Shown piece after piece: positions 1 through 9,854 of a stretch of 64,000 nucleotides of DNA. The notes under the pieces are model-generated. The model searched no databases, had not been told where the DNA came from, and saw only the letters and a list, made by a program, of their open reading frames with translations. The DNA lies in assembly GCA_965222155.1 (NCBI GenBank), contig CBDCTH010000012.1, positions 832,001 through 896,000 of the forward strand. The letters are read 5' to 3'. A program made the position numbers and the translations under genes. The number at the start of each line of letters is the position of its first letter. Position 1 is the first letter of the stretch. This DNA comes from Gammaproteobacteria bacterium (lineage in GTDB: Bacteria; Pseudomonadota; Gammaproteobacteria; Eutrophobiales; Eutrophobiaceae).

Positions 1-2254
1 AGCCTTTTACTTCCCATTTGCCGTCCGTGGAACGCAGCCCGCCATGCAGGTTCAGGAGCTCAAAACCACCGAGTTTGCGGTCGTAGCGGGGTTCGGTAAA
101 GTTATATTGCTCGCTACGGAAGAACACGTTGCCACCGAGGAACAGTTTCCAGCCGGTATTGGCAAGCGGCTGCTCATAGATAGCGCCCACGGTGCCGGTC
201 CACTCAGAGGAAAACGGCAGGTTCTCTTCTCCCAGTGGAATAAAACCCGGGGTGGGAGTTAACGGTCCTATTCCTTTATCAAAGGTCGCATCCAGCCATT
301 GTACTGAAGCGTTGACTCGCAATTCGGCCGTGACGAGCAGGTTGCCCTCAACCTCGACACCCTGTGAGCGCGCGCCGGCAATGTTTTCAACCGCGAAATT
401 ACCGGTCGGCTGCAAGGTCTGTACCTGCAGGTCCTCAAAGTCGGTACGCCAGGCCGCGACATTCAGGCGCAGCCGCTCATTTAACAGAGTTGATTTGACA
501 CCGATTTCGTAGTGGTCGGCGAACTCCGACCGGAAAGTCGGGTCGCCCGCGTTGGCGAAGTTGCACACCGGTCCAATCGGTGTACCGCCGGGCGGACATC
601 CTGCGGGTGAGCCCAGGGCAATCATCGGCCCGGCCGCGTCGCGGGTGAGGCTTATTCCACCGGCCTTGAAGCCATGACTGTAGGTAAAGAACGTCATTAT
701 ATTGTCGGTCCAGTTATACTGGATACTCGCATTCCCTGTGGGTTCCTCATTCTCAGTTTTCACGTTGTAGTCGTGGACGACCTGCAATGGGAACGTATTG
801 AAGTTGAAAGGAGGGAACCCAAGGCCGAGGAAACCGACATTATTGGTGGGATGGTCATTCACCAGGCTCGCTTTCTTCTCGTCCCGTGTCCAGCGGAAGC
901 CACCCGTGATAGCGAGTTTTTCGGTCAACTCCAGGGTGCCGTGGGCAAATATCGCAAAGGTCTCGTCTTCATGTTTGAAGCTGGCCAAAAATGCCCGGCC
1001 GGGTTGGCCGCCGAAAAATCCGGGGGGGAGAAAAGGAGGAAACTGGGGCAGGTACCCTATCTGTGATGCCCAGATGAACTCATTGGAACGTTCGATATCC
1101 TCAGTTGCATAATAGATGCCCAGGGTCCAGTCGAGAGACTGTCCAAAAGCGATGTCCTCAAACAGGCCACGGATGCGGAATTCTTCCGAAAGCAGGCTGA
1201 TCTCCGGCATGTTTTGCTGTGTACGCAGGATATCCACGCCACCGAAGTCGTTATCCTTGATATTGATGTCCTCGTAGTCACGGTAGCCCGTGATGGATGT
1301 CAGTGTCAGGTCTCCAACGTCCCAGTTGATCTCTACGGAAAATCCGCGATCCTCAGCATCCCAGGTTGATGAGAAGTTTGACGCTGACTCAAGATCCTCA
1401 ATATCTGCGGGATGTTTCTCAGTGGCGCCGTTGGCTTGCGCCAGGGGCAGATTGACTAGAGGTACGAACGGGTCACTGATGATATCGAGCGGCTGGCAGC
1501 AAGACTCCTCCAGTTCGCTGTAATCAGCGGCAATGCGCACGCTCAGGTTCTCATCAGGCTCCCACAGCAGTTGACCTTTGATGTTCCAGCGATCCAGGTC
1601 GCGTTCGTCTTTGCCGGTTGAGAGATTATCTATCCAGCCATCACCGGTAGCGACCGAAGCAGTGAGGCGCGCGGCAAGCGTATCGCTGATGGGTATGTTT
1701 ACCATGCCGTTGAAACGGAACCGATCGTGCTCTTCGTACGTCCCCTGAGCCATTGCGCCCATCTTACCCAGTTCCGGTTTCTTGGTAATGAAATGTACCA
1801 CGCCCGCTGTGGAATTCTTGCCGAACAAGGTGCCCTGTGGGCCTTTCAATACCTCCACCCGCTCCAGGTCGACCAGGTCGAACACGGTGGTCAGGCCGCT
1901 GCGGCTGCGGTAAACGCCGTCGATAAAGGTGGCGACGGTCGGCTCGAAACCCATATTGAATACCGATGTTCCGAGTCCCCGCAACGAAAATGATGCACCC
2001 TGGGAAGGTGGGTCTACGGACCGTACTTCCAGGGCCGGCACGGCCTGGCGCAAATCAAATACATCGGTAACCAGGTTAGCCGCCAGGTCCTCATCGCTGA
2101 GCGCACTGACGGATATCGGTACGTCCTGTAAGGATTGTTCGCGCTTCTGCGCGGTGACCACAACTTCTTCAAGCACCGCCTGGGCACCGGAAAAGGTGGA
2201 GACCAACATTAAAAAGAGACCGGGAATAACCGATACGAGATACTTTTTGTGCAT
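1..2254 (-). CDS. TonB-dependent receptor (3' end runs off the window)
   Basis: Manual reverse translation from ATG at 2254: MHKKYLVSVIPGLFLMLVSTFSGAQAVLEEVVVTAQKREQSLQDVP...LERVEVLKGPQGTLFGKNSTAG (signal peptide, TonB box, plug motif). Absent from the ORF track because no stop lies in the window. Confidence 0.9.
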   Translation of the reverse strand, partial: MHKKYLVSVIPGLFLMLVSTFSGAQAVLEEVVVTAQKREQSLQDVPISVSALSDEDLAANLVTDVFDLRQAVPALEVRSVDPPSQGASFSLRGLGTSVFNMGFEPTVATFIDGVYRSRSGLTTVFDLVDLERVEVLKGPQGTLFGKNSTAGVVHFITKKPELGKMGAMAQGTYEEHDRFRFNGMVNIPISDTLAARLTASVATGDGWIDNLSTGKDERDLDRWNIKGQLLWEPDENLSVRIAADYSELEESCCQPLDIISDPFVPLVNLPLAQANGATEKHPADIEDLESASNFSSTWDAEDRGFSVEINWDVGDLTLTSITGYRDYEDINIKDNDFGGVDILRTQQNMPEISLLSEEFRIRGLFEDIAFGQSLDWTLGIYYATEDIERSNEFIWASQIGYLPQFPPFLPPGFFGGQPGRAFLASFKHEDETFAIFAHGTLELTEKLAITGGFRWTRDEKKASLVNDHPTNNVGFLGLGFPPFNFNTFPLQVVHDYNVKTENEEPTGNASIQYNWTDNIMTFFTYSHGFKAGGISLTRDAAGPMIALGSPAGCPPGGTPIGPVCNFANAGDPTFRSEFADHYEIGVKSTLLNERLRLNVAAWRTDFEDLQVQTLQPTGNFAVENIAGARSQGVEVEGNLLVTAELRVNASVQWLDATFDKGIGPLTPTPGFIPLGEENLPFSSEWTGTVGAIYEQPLANTGWKLFLGGNVFFRSEQYNFTEPRYDRKLGGFELLNLHGGLRSTDGKWEVKG

Positions 2255-2390
2255 AACAACCCCCATGAAGAAAGATCTACCAGTATTTATTCTAGTACCT
2301 TATGGTAACAGAAATTTATGCGATGCCGCATTTTCCCTATGCAGGGCAACCATAACGCTTCCTGTAATCCTTCCAGGTATCAAATGTCTG

Positions 2391-2804
2391 TCATGCCGGT
2401 TTTGCTGCGAACAACAACCCGTCATCGTAGGACAATATGACCAGTTTAATTGCTGCGTCGTTTTTGATCCTTATCGGTTCATCGATTAATCCCGTAACCA
2501 GTCTGATACCTTCTTCAAGGTCTACAATACCGACGCTGAACGGTATATCATCGCGGAATTGTGTCGCGGCGGCGTGAATAGTCGTCCTTGCATACAGGGT
2601 TCCATGTCCCGACAGTTCAATCCACCCCATTTCGCCAGACCAGCAGTTCGGGCAGTGTTGTCTGGGGGGAAACGTCAGTTCCCCGCATGAAGAGCACACG
2701 GTCGTCAGGAATTTCCCCGACTCAAGCCCGTGTCGGAATGTTTCGCTGAACCCGGAGTATTCCGGCACAAGAGGAAGGCGTCTCGGGACCTTGATAATGT
2801 CCAT
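2391..2804 (-). CDS. Zn-ribbon/OB-fold protein (DUF35 / ChsH2-like)
   Basis: CxxC...PPRxxCPxC rubredoxin-like ribbon followed by an OB fold (VDLEEGIRL); directly downstream of a thiolase. Confidence 0.9.
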   Translation of the reverse strand: MDIIKVPRRLPLVPEYSGFSETFRHGLESGKFLTTVCSSCGELTFPPRQHCPNCWSGEMGWIELSGHGTLYARTTIHAAATQFRDDIPFSVGIVDLEEGIRLVTGLIDEPIRIKNDAAIKLVILSYDDGLLFAAKPA

Positions 2805-2806
2805 GG

Positions 2807-3988
2807 TCAGTTACCGGCATCTATTACGTGGGCGAGGGCGGCATTGTAATTTCCCAGTTCACACAGGTGCAATCCCAGGCCGGCGTTGACTACCTGGCGT
2901 TTGCCTGCCCTGTGCAGGAGTTGGTCGAATAATTCGGCAATCCCGTACAGGGCGGTCAGTCCGGGCGGATGTCCCCGGGAGAGACAGCCTCCCGAAGTAC
3001 AGACCGGGATGCGTCCGCCGATCGCAGTCTCGCCGGCGCGTGCGGCAATCGTTCCTCTGCCTTTGTCCACCAGCCCGATTGCTTCGGTGACCAATGCCTC
3101 GGTGATGGTGCAGGGGGCATACAATTCCGCAACATCAATGTGTTCCAGGCTTACACGGGCGTCTTCCAGGGCGCGCGATGTCGCCTGCCGGGCAGCGGGA
3201 AAGTCAGTAATGTCATGAGGTGAATAACCGATCTGATGGCGTCCGTCGTGAGAAAAACCCCGTCCCAATACCCGTATATAGGGTTTGTTGAGTCTGCGTG
3301 CGATCCCTTCAGAAGTGATCACCAGGCAAATGGCGCCATCACTACGCGGCGGCACATCGTAGCGCCCGAGCGGCTCGACAATGGGGTCCTGTTTTATTAC
3401 GTCGTCGACCGTCATTGGAGTCCGGAACTGGGCGAGTGGATTGAGCATGGCATGTTGGCGGTTTTTCACCGCAATCGCGGCAAGGTCGCGGCGGGTGGTC
3501 CCGGTCTCGAACAGGTACCTGTCAGCGTCCAGGGCATACCAGGCAATAGGCGTCAGTCCGAAAGGAGACTGAAAATTTACGTCACCGACAACGCGGACCC
3601 CGCGTTCCATCATGGTCGCGGCATCGACGCCGGAGCTGTATTCTATTCCCAATGCGAGCGCAACGTGTGCCCGTCCGCTGCCGACGTCGGCGCAGGCCTG
3701 GTCAAATGCCAGACCTCCGGTGATGCCCATATTACTGACTTCTGCAATCTGCCCATGACAACGCAGACCCAGTTGGCTCGCCATGAACGTGGAGAAACCC
3801 AGTTGGCGAGTGGCGGGTGTCGGGCTGGTGAACACGGCGGAATCAACATCAACCCTGTCCAGACCGGCTGCGCGAACGGCGTCTATGACCAGCTTCGCCA
3901 GGATTTCCTGTTCAAACTGCGTTTGTTCCAGCCGTCCCACCTTGCTGGCTGCGTAACTGATGAGAACCGGTATTGTATCGTTATTCAC
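2807..3988 (-). CDS. Thiolase-family protein (SCP2/Ltp2-like)
   Basis: AVKNRQHAMLNPLAQFR, SDGA, ELYAP and SGGCLSRGHP motifs; paired with DUF35 gene. Confidence 0.85.
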   Translation of the reverse strand: MNNDTIPVLISYAASKVGRLEQTQFEQEILAKLVIDAVRAAGLDRVDVDSAVFTSPTPATRQLGFSTFMASQLGLRCHGQIAEVSNMGITGGLAFDQACADVGSGRAHVALALGIEYSSGVDAATMMERGVRVVGDVNFQSPFGLTPIAWYALDADRYLFETGTTRRDLAAIAVKNRQHAMLNPLAQFRTPMTVDDVIKQDPIVEPLGRYDVPPRSDGAICLVITSEGIARRLNKPYIRVLGRGFSHDGRHQIGYSPHDITDFPAARQATSRALEDARVSLEHIDVAELYAPCTITEALVTEAIGLVDKGRGTIAARAGETAIGGRIPVCTSGGCLSRGHPPGLTALYGIAELFDQLLHRAGKRQVVNAGLGLHLCELGNYNAALAHVIDAGN

Positions 3989-4171
3989 GCTGTTACTTTG
4001 TATGGGGACTTACCCGCAGACCTCACCGTACTGCATGTTATTAACGTAGCATCCTCTTCTGCCGATTGGTTACCTGGATGATATCAACCGCCTGCCATTA
4101 CGGATAATATTACATGTTAAACTGTTATCCGGCTATCAGGCCGACCGGATCATGATGCACAGGTGTAAGAC

Positions 4172-4792
4172 ATGACAAAACAAAAAGCAACGAACGTTCA
4201 TTGGCATCAGGGTGACATCACCCGCGCCGACCGAAACCGGTTTCTGGGGCAGAAAGGAGCGACGCTCTGGTTTACCGGCCTGTCGGGCAGCGGCAAGAGT
4301 ACGATTGCGGTCGCACTGGAGGCAGCCCTGTACGAGCGCGGGAAACTGAGTTACCGGTTGGACGGTGATAATATCCGTATGGGCATAAACAGGAATCTGG
4401 GCTTCTCGGCAGAGGACCGGACGGAGAACATCCGCCGTATCGGCGAGATATCGAAACTGTTTGTGGATGCGGGTCTGCTGGTCTTGTCCGCCTTTATCAG
4501 TCCTTACCGGGAGGACCGCGATCGGGTACGCGAACTGCACCGGGATGCCGGGGTTGATTTTATCGAAATCCACGTGGATTGTTCCCTGGATGTGGCAGAG
4601 CAGCGCGACCCCAAGGGTTTGTACAGGAAAGCCCGGGCAGGACAGATCAAGAACTTTACCGGGATTGACGATCCCTATGAGGAGCCTGAAAACCCGGAAA
4701 TCCATCTCCGTACCGACCGCATGACGCTTGCGGAAGAGGTTGAAATAATTATCGAATATATGAAGGATAAAGGCATTATCCGGATTGATTAG
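4172..4792 (+). CDS. cysC: Adenylyl-sulfate kinase
   Basis: WFTGLSGSGKST P-loop, LDGDNIR, RDPKGLY, FTGIDDPYE. Confidence 0.97.
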   Translation: MTKQKATNVHWHQGDITRADRNRFLGQKGATLWFTGLSGSGKSTIAVALEAALYERGKLSYRLDGDNIRMGINRNLGFSAEDRTENIRRIGEISKLFVDAGLLVLSAFISPYREDRDRVRELHRDAGVDFIEIHVDCSLDVAEQRDPKGLYRKARAGQIKNFTGIDDPYEEPENPEIHLRTDRMTLAEEVEIIIEYMKDKGIIRID

Positions 4793-4794
4793 TT

Positions 4795-5784
4795 TTATTC
4801 TTCAACTCCGGGCTTCGGAATCTGCCCCAGGCTGCCCAACAGGGTAACGAAACGCGTCAGTTTTTCCTTTTGCCAGGCGTCGACGTCGATACCGCGGAAA
4901 TCGTAATAACCCCGGCCTTCGCGCAGGCCCCTGCGTCCGTCCTCCATCATCCTTGTTACCTCCTCAGGCGGGGCATGACGCGGCGAATCCAGCGCCTTGG
5001 AGAGGTAGTGGCCGGCGTAGTAGAGAATATCGACGCCGCCCCAGTCTATAAATTCCATTACCCCCAGCGTCGCATAGCGCGGGCCGAAGCCATGGGTAAT
5101 GGCCTTGTCAATCTCTTCCGGTGTGGCCACGCCTTCTTCCACCATGCGGCAGGCCTCGGCCATGAGTAGCGATTGCAGGCGGGGAATAATCAGGCCGGGC
5201 GAGGCAGAACACCTGACCGGCACTTTGCCGATGGATTCGAACAAGGCAATAATGTCACTGACCACACTCTCATCGGTACCCGGTGAGGGACTCACCTCCA
5301 CCAGCGGGATGAGGTAAGCGGGGTTCAAAAAATGCGTGTTCAGAAAGCGTTCCGGTACCGATACCCACTCCTGTAATTCGGTCACCAGCATGGATGAGGT
5401 GGTCGAGGTCACGATGGCATCCTGGCCCGCGTGCTGCCCAACCAGTTCAAGCGCTCGCTGTTTCGCCTCCCGGGTCTCCGGAACCCCTTCAATAATAATA
5501 TCAGCCGCAGCAAGCTCACCGGCGGCGCGCGCGCGCGGCTTGACATGAATAAGATCAAGAACTTTTTTCACCTGTAACGGGCTCAGGTAACCGAGTCCGG
5601 ACAGGAACTTCAGGTTTGCTTCAATTTCAGCCAGGGCGGACTTGACCAGTTGCCTGAACCCGTCCTCATCCCGGTCCTTGACATCAAGCAGCGTTATCGG
5701 GTAGCCCGCATAGGAAAACATGTGGGCAATACCCCTGCCCATGCGCCCGGCGCCGACGGCCACAATGCGTTTATGGGCCATCAA
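4795..5784 (-). CDS. 3-hydroxyacyl-CoA dehydrogenase family protein
   Basis: GAGRMGRGIA Rossmann motif, EGVPE, STTSS, HFLNPAYLIPLVEV. Confidence 0.9.
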   Translation of the reverse strand: MMAHKRIVAVGAGRMGRGIAHMFSYAGYPITLLDVKDRDEDGFRQLVKSALAEIEANLKFLSGLGYLSPLQVKKVLDLIHVKPRARAAGELAAADIIIEGVPETREAKQRALELVGQHAGQDAIVTSTTSSMLVTELQEWVSVPERFLNTHFLNPAYLIPLVEVSPSPGTDESVVSDIIALFESIGKVPVRCSASPGLIIPRLQSLLMAEACRMVEEGVATPEEIDKAITHGFGPRYATLGVMEFIDWGGVDILYYAGHYLSKALDSPRHAPPEEVTRMMEDGRRGLREGRGYYDFRGIDVDAWQKEKLTRFVTLLGSLGQIPKPGVEE

Positions 5785-6866
5785 ATACCTTCGTATAGCA
5801 ATTCCGCGAGGGCATCCCGGTCCAGATCGGCAAGGCCCAGGTTCTTCAGGGTGCGACCTGTTATACGGAAATCGCGCCCCGTGATCGCCGAGCCCAGGGC
5901 CAGCAAGCCGTTACTGACGGGTGCGTCCAGGCCAAGATAGCCGGCGCAGGATACCAGGAACGCGAGTCCCAACTCCATGTCCTCGGTCATGTAACGGTGT
6001 GTCATAAGGTCGATGTCTTCGCGCCAGTCTTCGCTGTCCGTCAGCCTTTCATGGGCGGCATTGCCGTACATCCACTCATCACCATCCGGAGTATAGTGGT
6101 CGACAAGCGGAAAATGTGGTGGGGCATAACCAAATGCCTCACGGATGGCAATTCTCTCTGCGTCGAGCGTATCCGTAACGCGGCGGATAGCGGGTTGTGT
6201 ACCCTCATTATGGATGTCCCACTTGTCGAAATGCTCCATGGGGCCGGCGTTCATCATAATCAATGGCGGGTGAATAATGGGGCCGGCATTCATCAGGGCG
6301 CCGCTTAAGGCGTCTTCGATACGTTCGATGACCGGGTAAGCCTGTTCCAGTATGGGGAAGGCATGTTGCGAGTTTTTTGCCGGGAAGACGCCGCTGGGCA
6401 GGCGCGTGGCATAGCCGCTGACGGCGACCAGGTTTGCCTCACGTTTCCTGGCCAGGTAAGGCAGGGTGCCGGTTTCCGCAAAACTGACATCGGCATCGTT
6501 GCCGGCATCACGCAAGGCTCTAGCGAAGATGTAGCTGCCAAACGTGCCCGGTGGCAGATAGACAACCTGACCGCTCCTTAAATGAGGCGCCAGCTCTTGC
6601 GCCAGGGACTCATGGGTCAGTGCCGGCAAGGGGATGACTATCAATTCCACTCCGTTGACCGAATCGGCGAGATCAGTCGTCACATGGTGTATCTTCACTT
6701 CCCGTTTACCGTTACTGTCCAGCACGGTAACGGATTTTGATTTCAATACCGGCTCAAACGCCTGCTTGTCGCGTCGCCAGAAACGCACCTGATGACCTTG
6801 TTCGGTCAGTGTCGCAGCGGCGGCATAAGAACCGTGTCCGCCTCCCAGTACGGCTAATTCCATCAT
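5781..6866 (-). CDS. NAD(P)-dependent opine/octopine dehydrogenase family protein
   Basis: VLGGGHG, ETGTLPY, NAGPIIHP, LDAER, HRYMTED motifs. Confidence 0.88.
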   Translation of the reverse strand: MMELAVLGGGHGSYAAAATLTEQGHQVRFWRRDKQAFEPVLKSKSVTVLDSNGKREVKIHHVTTDLADSVNGVELIVIPLPALTHESLAQELAPHLRSGQVVYLPPGTFGSYIFARALRDAGNDADVSFAETGTLPYLARKREANLVAVSGYATRLPSGVFPAKNSQHAFPILEQAYPVIERIEDALSGALMNAGPIIHPPLIMMNAGPMEHFDKWDIHNEGTQPAIRRVTDTLDAERIAIREAFGYAPPHFPLVDHYTPDGDEWMYGNAAHERLTDSEDWREDIDLMTHRYMTEDMELGLAFLVSCAGYLGLDAPVSNGLLALGSAITGRDFRITGRTLKNLGLADLDRDALAELLYEGI

Positions 6867-7342
6867 TCCTCTCCGGATATACTGCTGTAATCATGCTGCA
6901 GCCTGTTTGCTTTTTCCATCAGTTTATCAATCATATCGTTGAATATTTCCAGTTCTTCTGTTGTTAAACTTGCCAGCAATTTTGCCTCGTAATCCCTGGC
7001 GATGGGCATCACTTCATCGTAGACAGTCGAGCCGGTCTCAGACAGTTGCAACCTCGAACGGCGTTTATCGTTTTCGTCCCTGTCCCGGTTGATGAGATGA
7101 CGGTTGAACAGCCGCGCCACGGCCCGGGAAACCACGGATTTTTCGATTTTTGTACGGCGACAGACTTCATCGGCAGACACACCCGGATATTCCGCCAGGA
7201 TCATCATGATACGCCACTCCGGCATGGAAATGGCAAACTTGTCCCCGTAAACACCAGCGACGGCGCCACTGATGGCGTTTGACAACAGTGATAGCCGGTA
7301 GGGTAGAAACGCCTCCAGTTGTAATGGTCTACGATGTTTCAA
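6863..7342 (-). CDS. MarR-family transcriptional regulator
   Basis: LEAFLPYRL...PEWRI...KSVVSRAV...DKRR winged helix. Probable TTG start at 7342 with GGAG upstream; the longer ORF extension runs into repeats. Confidence 0.88.
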   Translation of the reverse strand: MKHRRPLQLEAFLPYRLSLLSNAISGAVAGVYGDKFAISMPEWRIMMILAEYPGVSADEVCRRTKIEKSVVSRAVARLFNRHLINRDRDENDKRRSRLQLSETGSTVYDEVMPIARDYEAKLLASLTTEELEIFNDMIDKLMEKANRLQHDYSSISGEE

Positions 7343-7402
7343 AGCGATTTGCTCCGGCAATGTACAAACATAGAAACATATAACACTACGATCGCCTAAA
7401 TC

Positions 7403-7517
7403 AAGGACACCTAAATTTAGGACACCCATAAATTAACACCTAATTTAGGACACCCATAAATTTAGTAAATCCAGGAAACACCTAATTTAGGACACCCATA
7501 AATTAAGGACACCCATA
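7403..7517. repeat. Tandem copies of AGGACACCCATAAATT (REP-like arm; same family as 49059-49153)
   Basis: Four to five imperfect direct copies of aggacacc(c)ataaatt/ctaattt visible in the sequence. Confidence 0.8.
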
Positions 7518-7524
7518 CAAACAG

Positions 7525-7572
7525 TTGACAATAGTTGTTCGTGCAACTAATATCAGTTGCACGAACAACTAT
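7525..7572 (+). promoter_or_regulatory. Sigma70 promoter of hppD overlapped by a perfect 18-bp-arm inverted repeat (probable MarR operator)
   Basis: TTGACA(7525)-17 bp-TAATAT(7548); ATAGTTGTTCGTGCAACT-aatatc-AGTTGCACGAACAACTAT at 7531-7572; divergent MarR gene. Confidence 0.8.
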
Positions 7573-7596
7573 TATGCCACGGCAGGAGCTATACGC

Positions 7597-8664
7597 ATGA
7601 CCGAATTATTCGACAATCCCATGGGTACCGACGGGTTTGAGTTTATTGAATACACCGCTCCCGACCCGGAATTACTGCGCAGCCTGTTTGAAAAAATGGG
7701 TTTTCCTGTAACGGCAAAGCACCGGAGCAAGAACGTCACGCTGCATTCCCAGGGCGATATCAACTTTATAATTAACGCCGAGCCGGACAGTTTTGCCCAA
7801 CAATTTGCTGAACAGCACGGACCGTCTATATGTGCTGTCGCTTTCCGGGTGAAGGACGCGGCCAGAGCCTATACCCGGGCGCTTGCAGCCGGGGCGCAAG
7901 CAGTGGAGACAAGGCCGGGACCTATGGAATTGAATATCCCCGCCATTGAAGGTATCGGCGGGAGCCGTGTCTACCTGGTTGACCGTTATGGCGATAGGAC
8001 CATCTATGACGTGGATTTTGCCCCCCTTGAAGCCGATTATCACCTCACCCGCACCGGGCTCACCTACGTGGACCATCTCACCCACAATGTCCAGCGTGGC
8101 AATATGGACAAGTGGGCCGGGTTCTATGAGAAATTATTCAACTTTCGTGAACTGAAGTACTTCGATATAGAAGGCGAGTTAACGGGGTTGAAAAGTCGCG
8201 CCATGACCAGCCCCTGCGGCAAGATTCGCATCCCCATCAACGAATCAGCCGATGACAAATCGCAAATCGAGGAATACTTGAGCGAATATCACGGAGAAGG
8301 CATACAGCATATCGCCCTGGGCACGGCCGACATTTATGCAACCGTGGATGCGTTACGCAGTCACGATGTTGTGTTTCAGGATACGCCCGACAGCTATTAT
8401 GAAAAAGCAGACCAACGTGTGGCCGGCCACGGTGAAGACCTGGAGGCGCTTAAACAACGCCGCATATTAATTGACGGCGCTCCCACGAAAGGCCAGGGAG
8501 TATTGCTGCAGATTTTCACCAGGAATGTAATCGGGCCGATTTTCTTTGAAATTATTCAACGAAAAGGTAATGAAGGATTTGGCGAGGGAAATTTTCAGGC
8601 TCTGTTTGAATCAATTGAACAAGATCAGGTTCGGCGCGGCGCCCTGAATCAGGATGTCTTGTAA
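7597..8664 (+). CDS. hppD: 4-hydroxyphenylpyruvate dioxygenase
   Basis: NPMGTDGFEFIEY, DHLTHNV, GEGIQHIAL, FFEIIQRKGNEGFGEGNF; ATG 7597 preceded by AGGAG. Confidence 0.97.
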   Translation: MTELFDNPMGTDGFEFIEYTAPDPELLRSLFEKMGFPVTAKHRSKNVTLHSQGDINFIINAEPDSFAQQFAEQHGPSICAVAFRVKDAARAYTRALAAGAQAVETRPGPMELNIPAIEGIGGSRVYLVDRYGDRTIYDVDFAPLEADYHLTRTGLTYVDHLTHNVQRGNMDKWAGFYEKLFNFRELKYFDIEGELTGLKSRAMTSPCGKIRIPINESADDKSQIEEYLSEYHGEGIQHIALGTADIYATVDALRSHDVVFQDTPDSYYEKADQRVAGHGEDLEALKQRRILIDGAPTKGQGVLLQIFTRNVIGPIFFEIIQRKGNEGFGEGNFQALFESIEQDQVRRGALNQDVL

Positions 8665-8666
8665 CA

Positions 8667-8691
8667 GGGGGCGGATTTAAAATCCGTCCCC
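8667..8691. repeat. REP-like palindrome GGGGACGGATTT(N)AAATCCGTCCCC (also 13230-13254, 47670-47693, 47720-47770, 52204-52227)
   Basis: Five dispersed intergenic copies seen directly. Confidence 0.85.
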
Positions 8692-8736
8692 GGACGAATC
8701 CATCCCGGACAGTGGAGGGAATATGTTCGTTCCCCA

Positions 8737-9726
8737 CTAACGCCGGAAAACGCTCCCTTTCGTCGCGGAGGGCAATTCACCGAAAAGCTGGTAATAATCT
8801 TTGGCGAACCGGCCCAGGTGCCAGATACCCCATTTTGCCGCGATATCCCCCAGGGTTTTGGGCTGCATGGAGAGGATTTCCCTCCTGATATTATTGAGGC
8901 GCAAGGCCCTGATGTACCTGGCCGGGCTCATCTTGATGTTCTCATTGAATATGTATTCCAGTGTGCGCCGTGACGCCGCCAGTTCTTCACACAGCTTCCC
9001 GACTGTTAATTCTTCGCATATATTGTCCTTGATGATGTCGAGGGCATCATGGAATAGCCGGTGGTGCTTATCTCTCGTCGTCATTCCTGATTTAATCCTG
9101 CCGCGCTCGTTTTCTGTGATAAACACCGAGCATATCGTTTCTATCAGGGTATTTTTGAGGGCTACCAACTGATTCGGACTTCCCAGTGTAAGATGCACTT
9201 TTTCCGCTCCGGTCTGAAAATCTTCCAGCAATGAATACAGGGGCCAGGTTTCTTTTTCATTCTTGATGAGCATGTATGGGATATTGTCGGCGTTGAGCAG
9301 ATTCAGTTCATGGTATTGGTGTTGAAGTGCGCGCTTCAGTAATTCGACGGATACGTGGATGATACAGATTCTCATATCGGGTGATGAAATACCCTCCATC
9401 TCAGACCCGGGAGGTAAAATAAATGCAGAGCGTTTCGGGAAAGGTTCACAGTTCAATACCAGGGTTCTATCGGTATTCATCAAAAAGCCGATTGCATAAT
9501 AATGATGCGGGACCATGGCATTTTGATATAACACCTGGTTGGTGGATTCAAAAAACAGACTCAGTTCAGGATCCAGGTCACAGGTGGTGAAAGTGCCGGA
9601 GAAAGAACCCCTGCTGATCTGCTGGTAGGATTGCCCATAACCGGTGAGCCGGGCGGCCTGTTCATCAATATCACGGTGATGAAGTTTCTTGATCAGGGGG
9701 TTTTTTGCGCAAATCGGATAATCCAT
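8737..9726 (-). CDS. AraC-family regulator (EutR/FeaR-like)
   Basis: C-terminal SRRTLEY...SPARY...RLN...IAAKWGIWHLGRFAKDYYQLFGELPS double HTH. Confidence 0.92.
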   Translation of the reverse strand: MDYPICAKNPLIKKLHHRDIDEQAARLTGYGQSYQQISRGSFSGTFTTCDLDPELSLFFESTNQVLYQNAMVPHHYYAIGFLMNTDRTLVLNCEPFPKRSAFILPPGSEMEGISSPDMRICIIHVSVELLKRALQHQYHELNLLNADNIPYMLIKNEKETWPLYSLLEDFQTGAEKVHLTLGSPNQLVALKNTLIETICSVFITENERGRIKSGMTTRDKHHRLFHDALDIIKDNICEELTVGKLCEELAASRRTLEYIFNENIKMSPARYIRALRLNNIRREILSMQPKTLGDIAAKWGIWHLGRFAKDYYQLFGELPSATKGSVFRR

Positions 9727-9783
9727 CGCATGTACTCACCAATTCAGCCTGAAAAATACGTTTTTCTTGCGCATTGAGGATAA
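9705..9783 (+). promoter_or_regulatory. Direct repeat TTGCGCA-N4-GGATAA (putative AraC-regulator binding sites)
   Basis: Copies at 9705-9721 and 9767-9783, 62 bp apart, upstream of the divergent TonB receptor. Confidence 0.5.
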
Positions 9784-9854
9784 CACTTCATTAATTCAAG
9801 CAGTAATACTGTCTCCTGTCAAATCATATAACTGCATTTGTAGAGGATCTGATA

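Noticed and set aside
44-2489. Plus-strand ORFs in the first 2.5 kb and other long overlapping ORFs (e.g. 3236-4081, 23549-24493, 26283-27179, 46690-47619, 52765-53817)
   Set aside because: Antisense shadows of well-supported genes with no recognisable motifs
7343-7596. N-terminal extensions of MarR (from 7429) and HppD (from 7525)
   Set aside because: They run through repeats and the promoter/operator; better RBS-supported starts exist at 7342 and 7597
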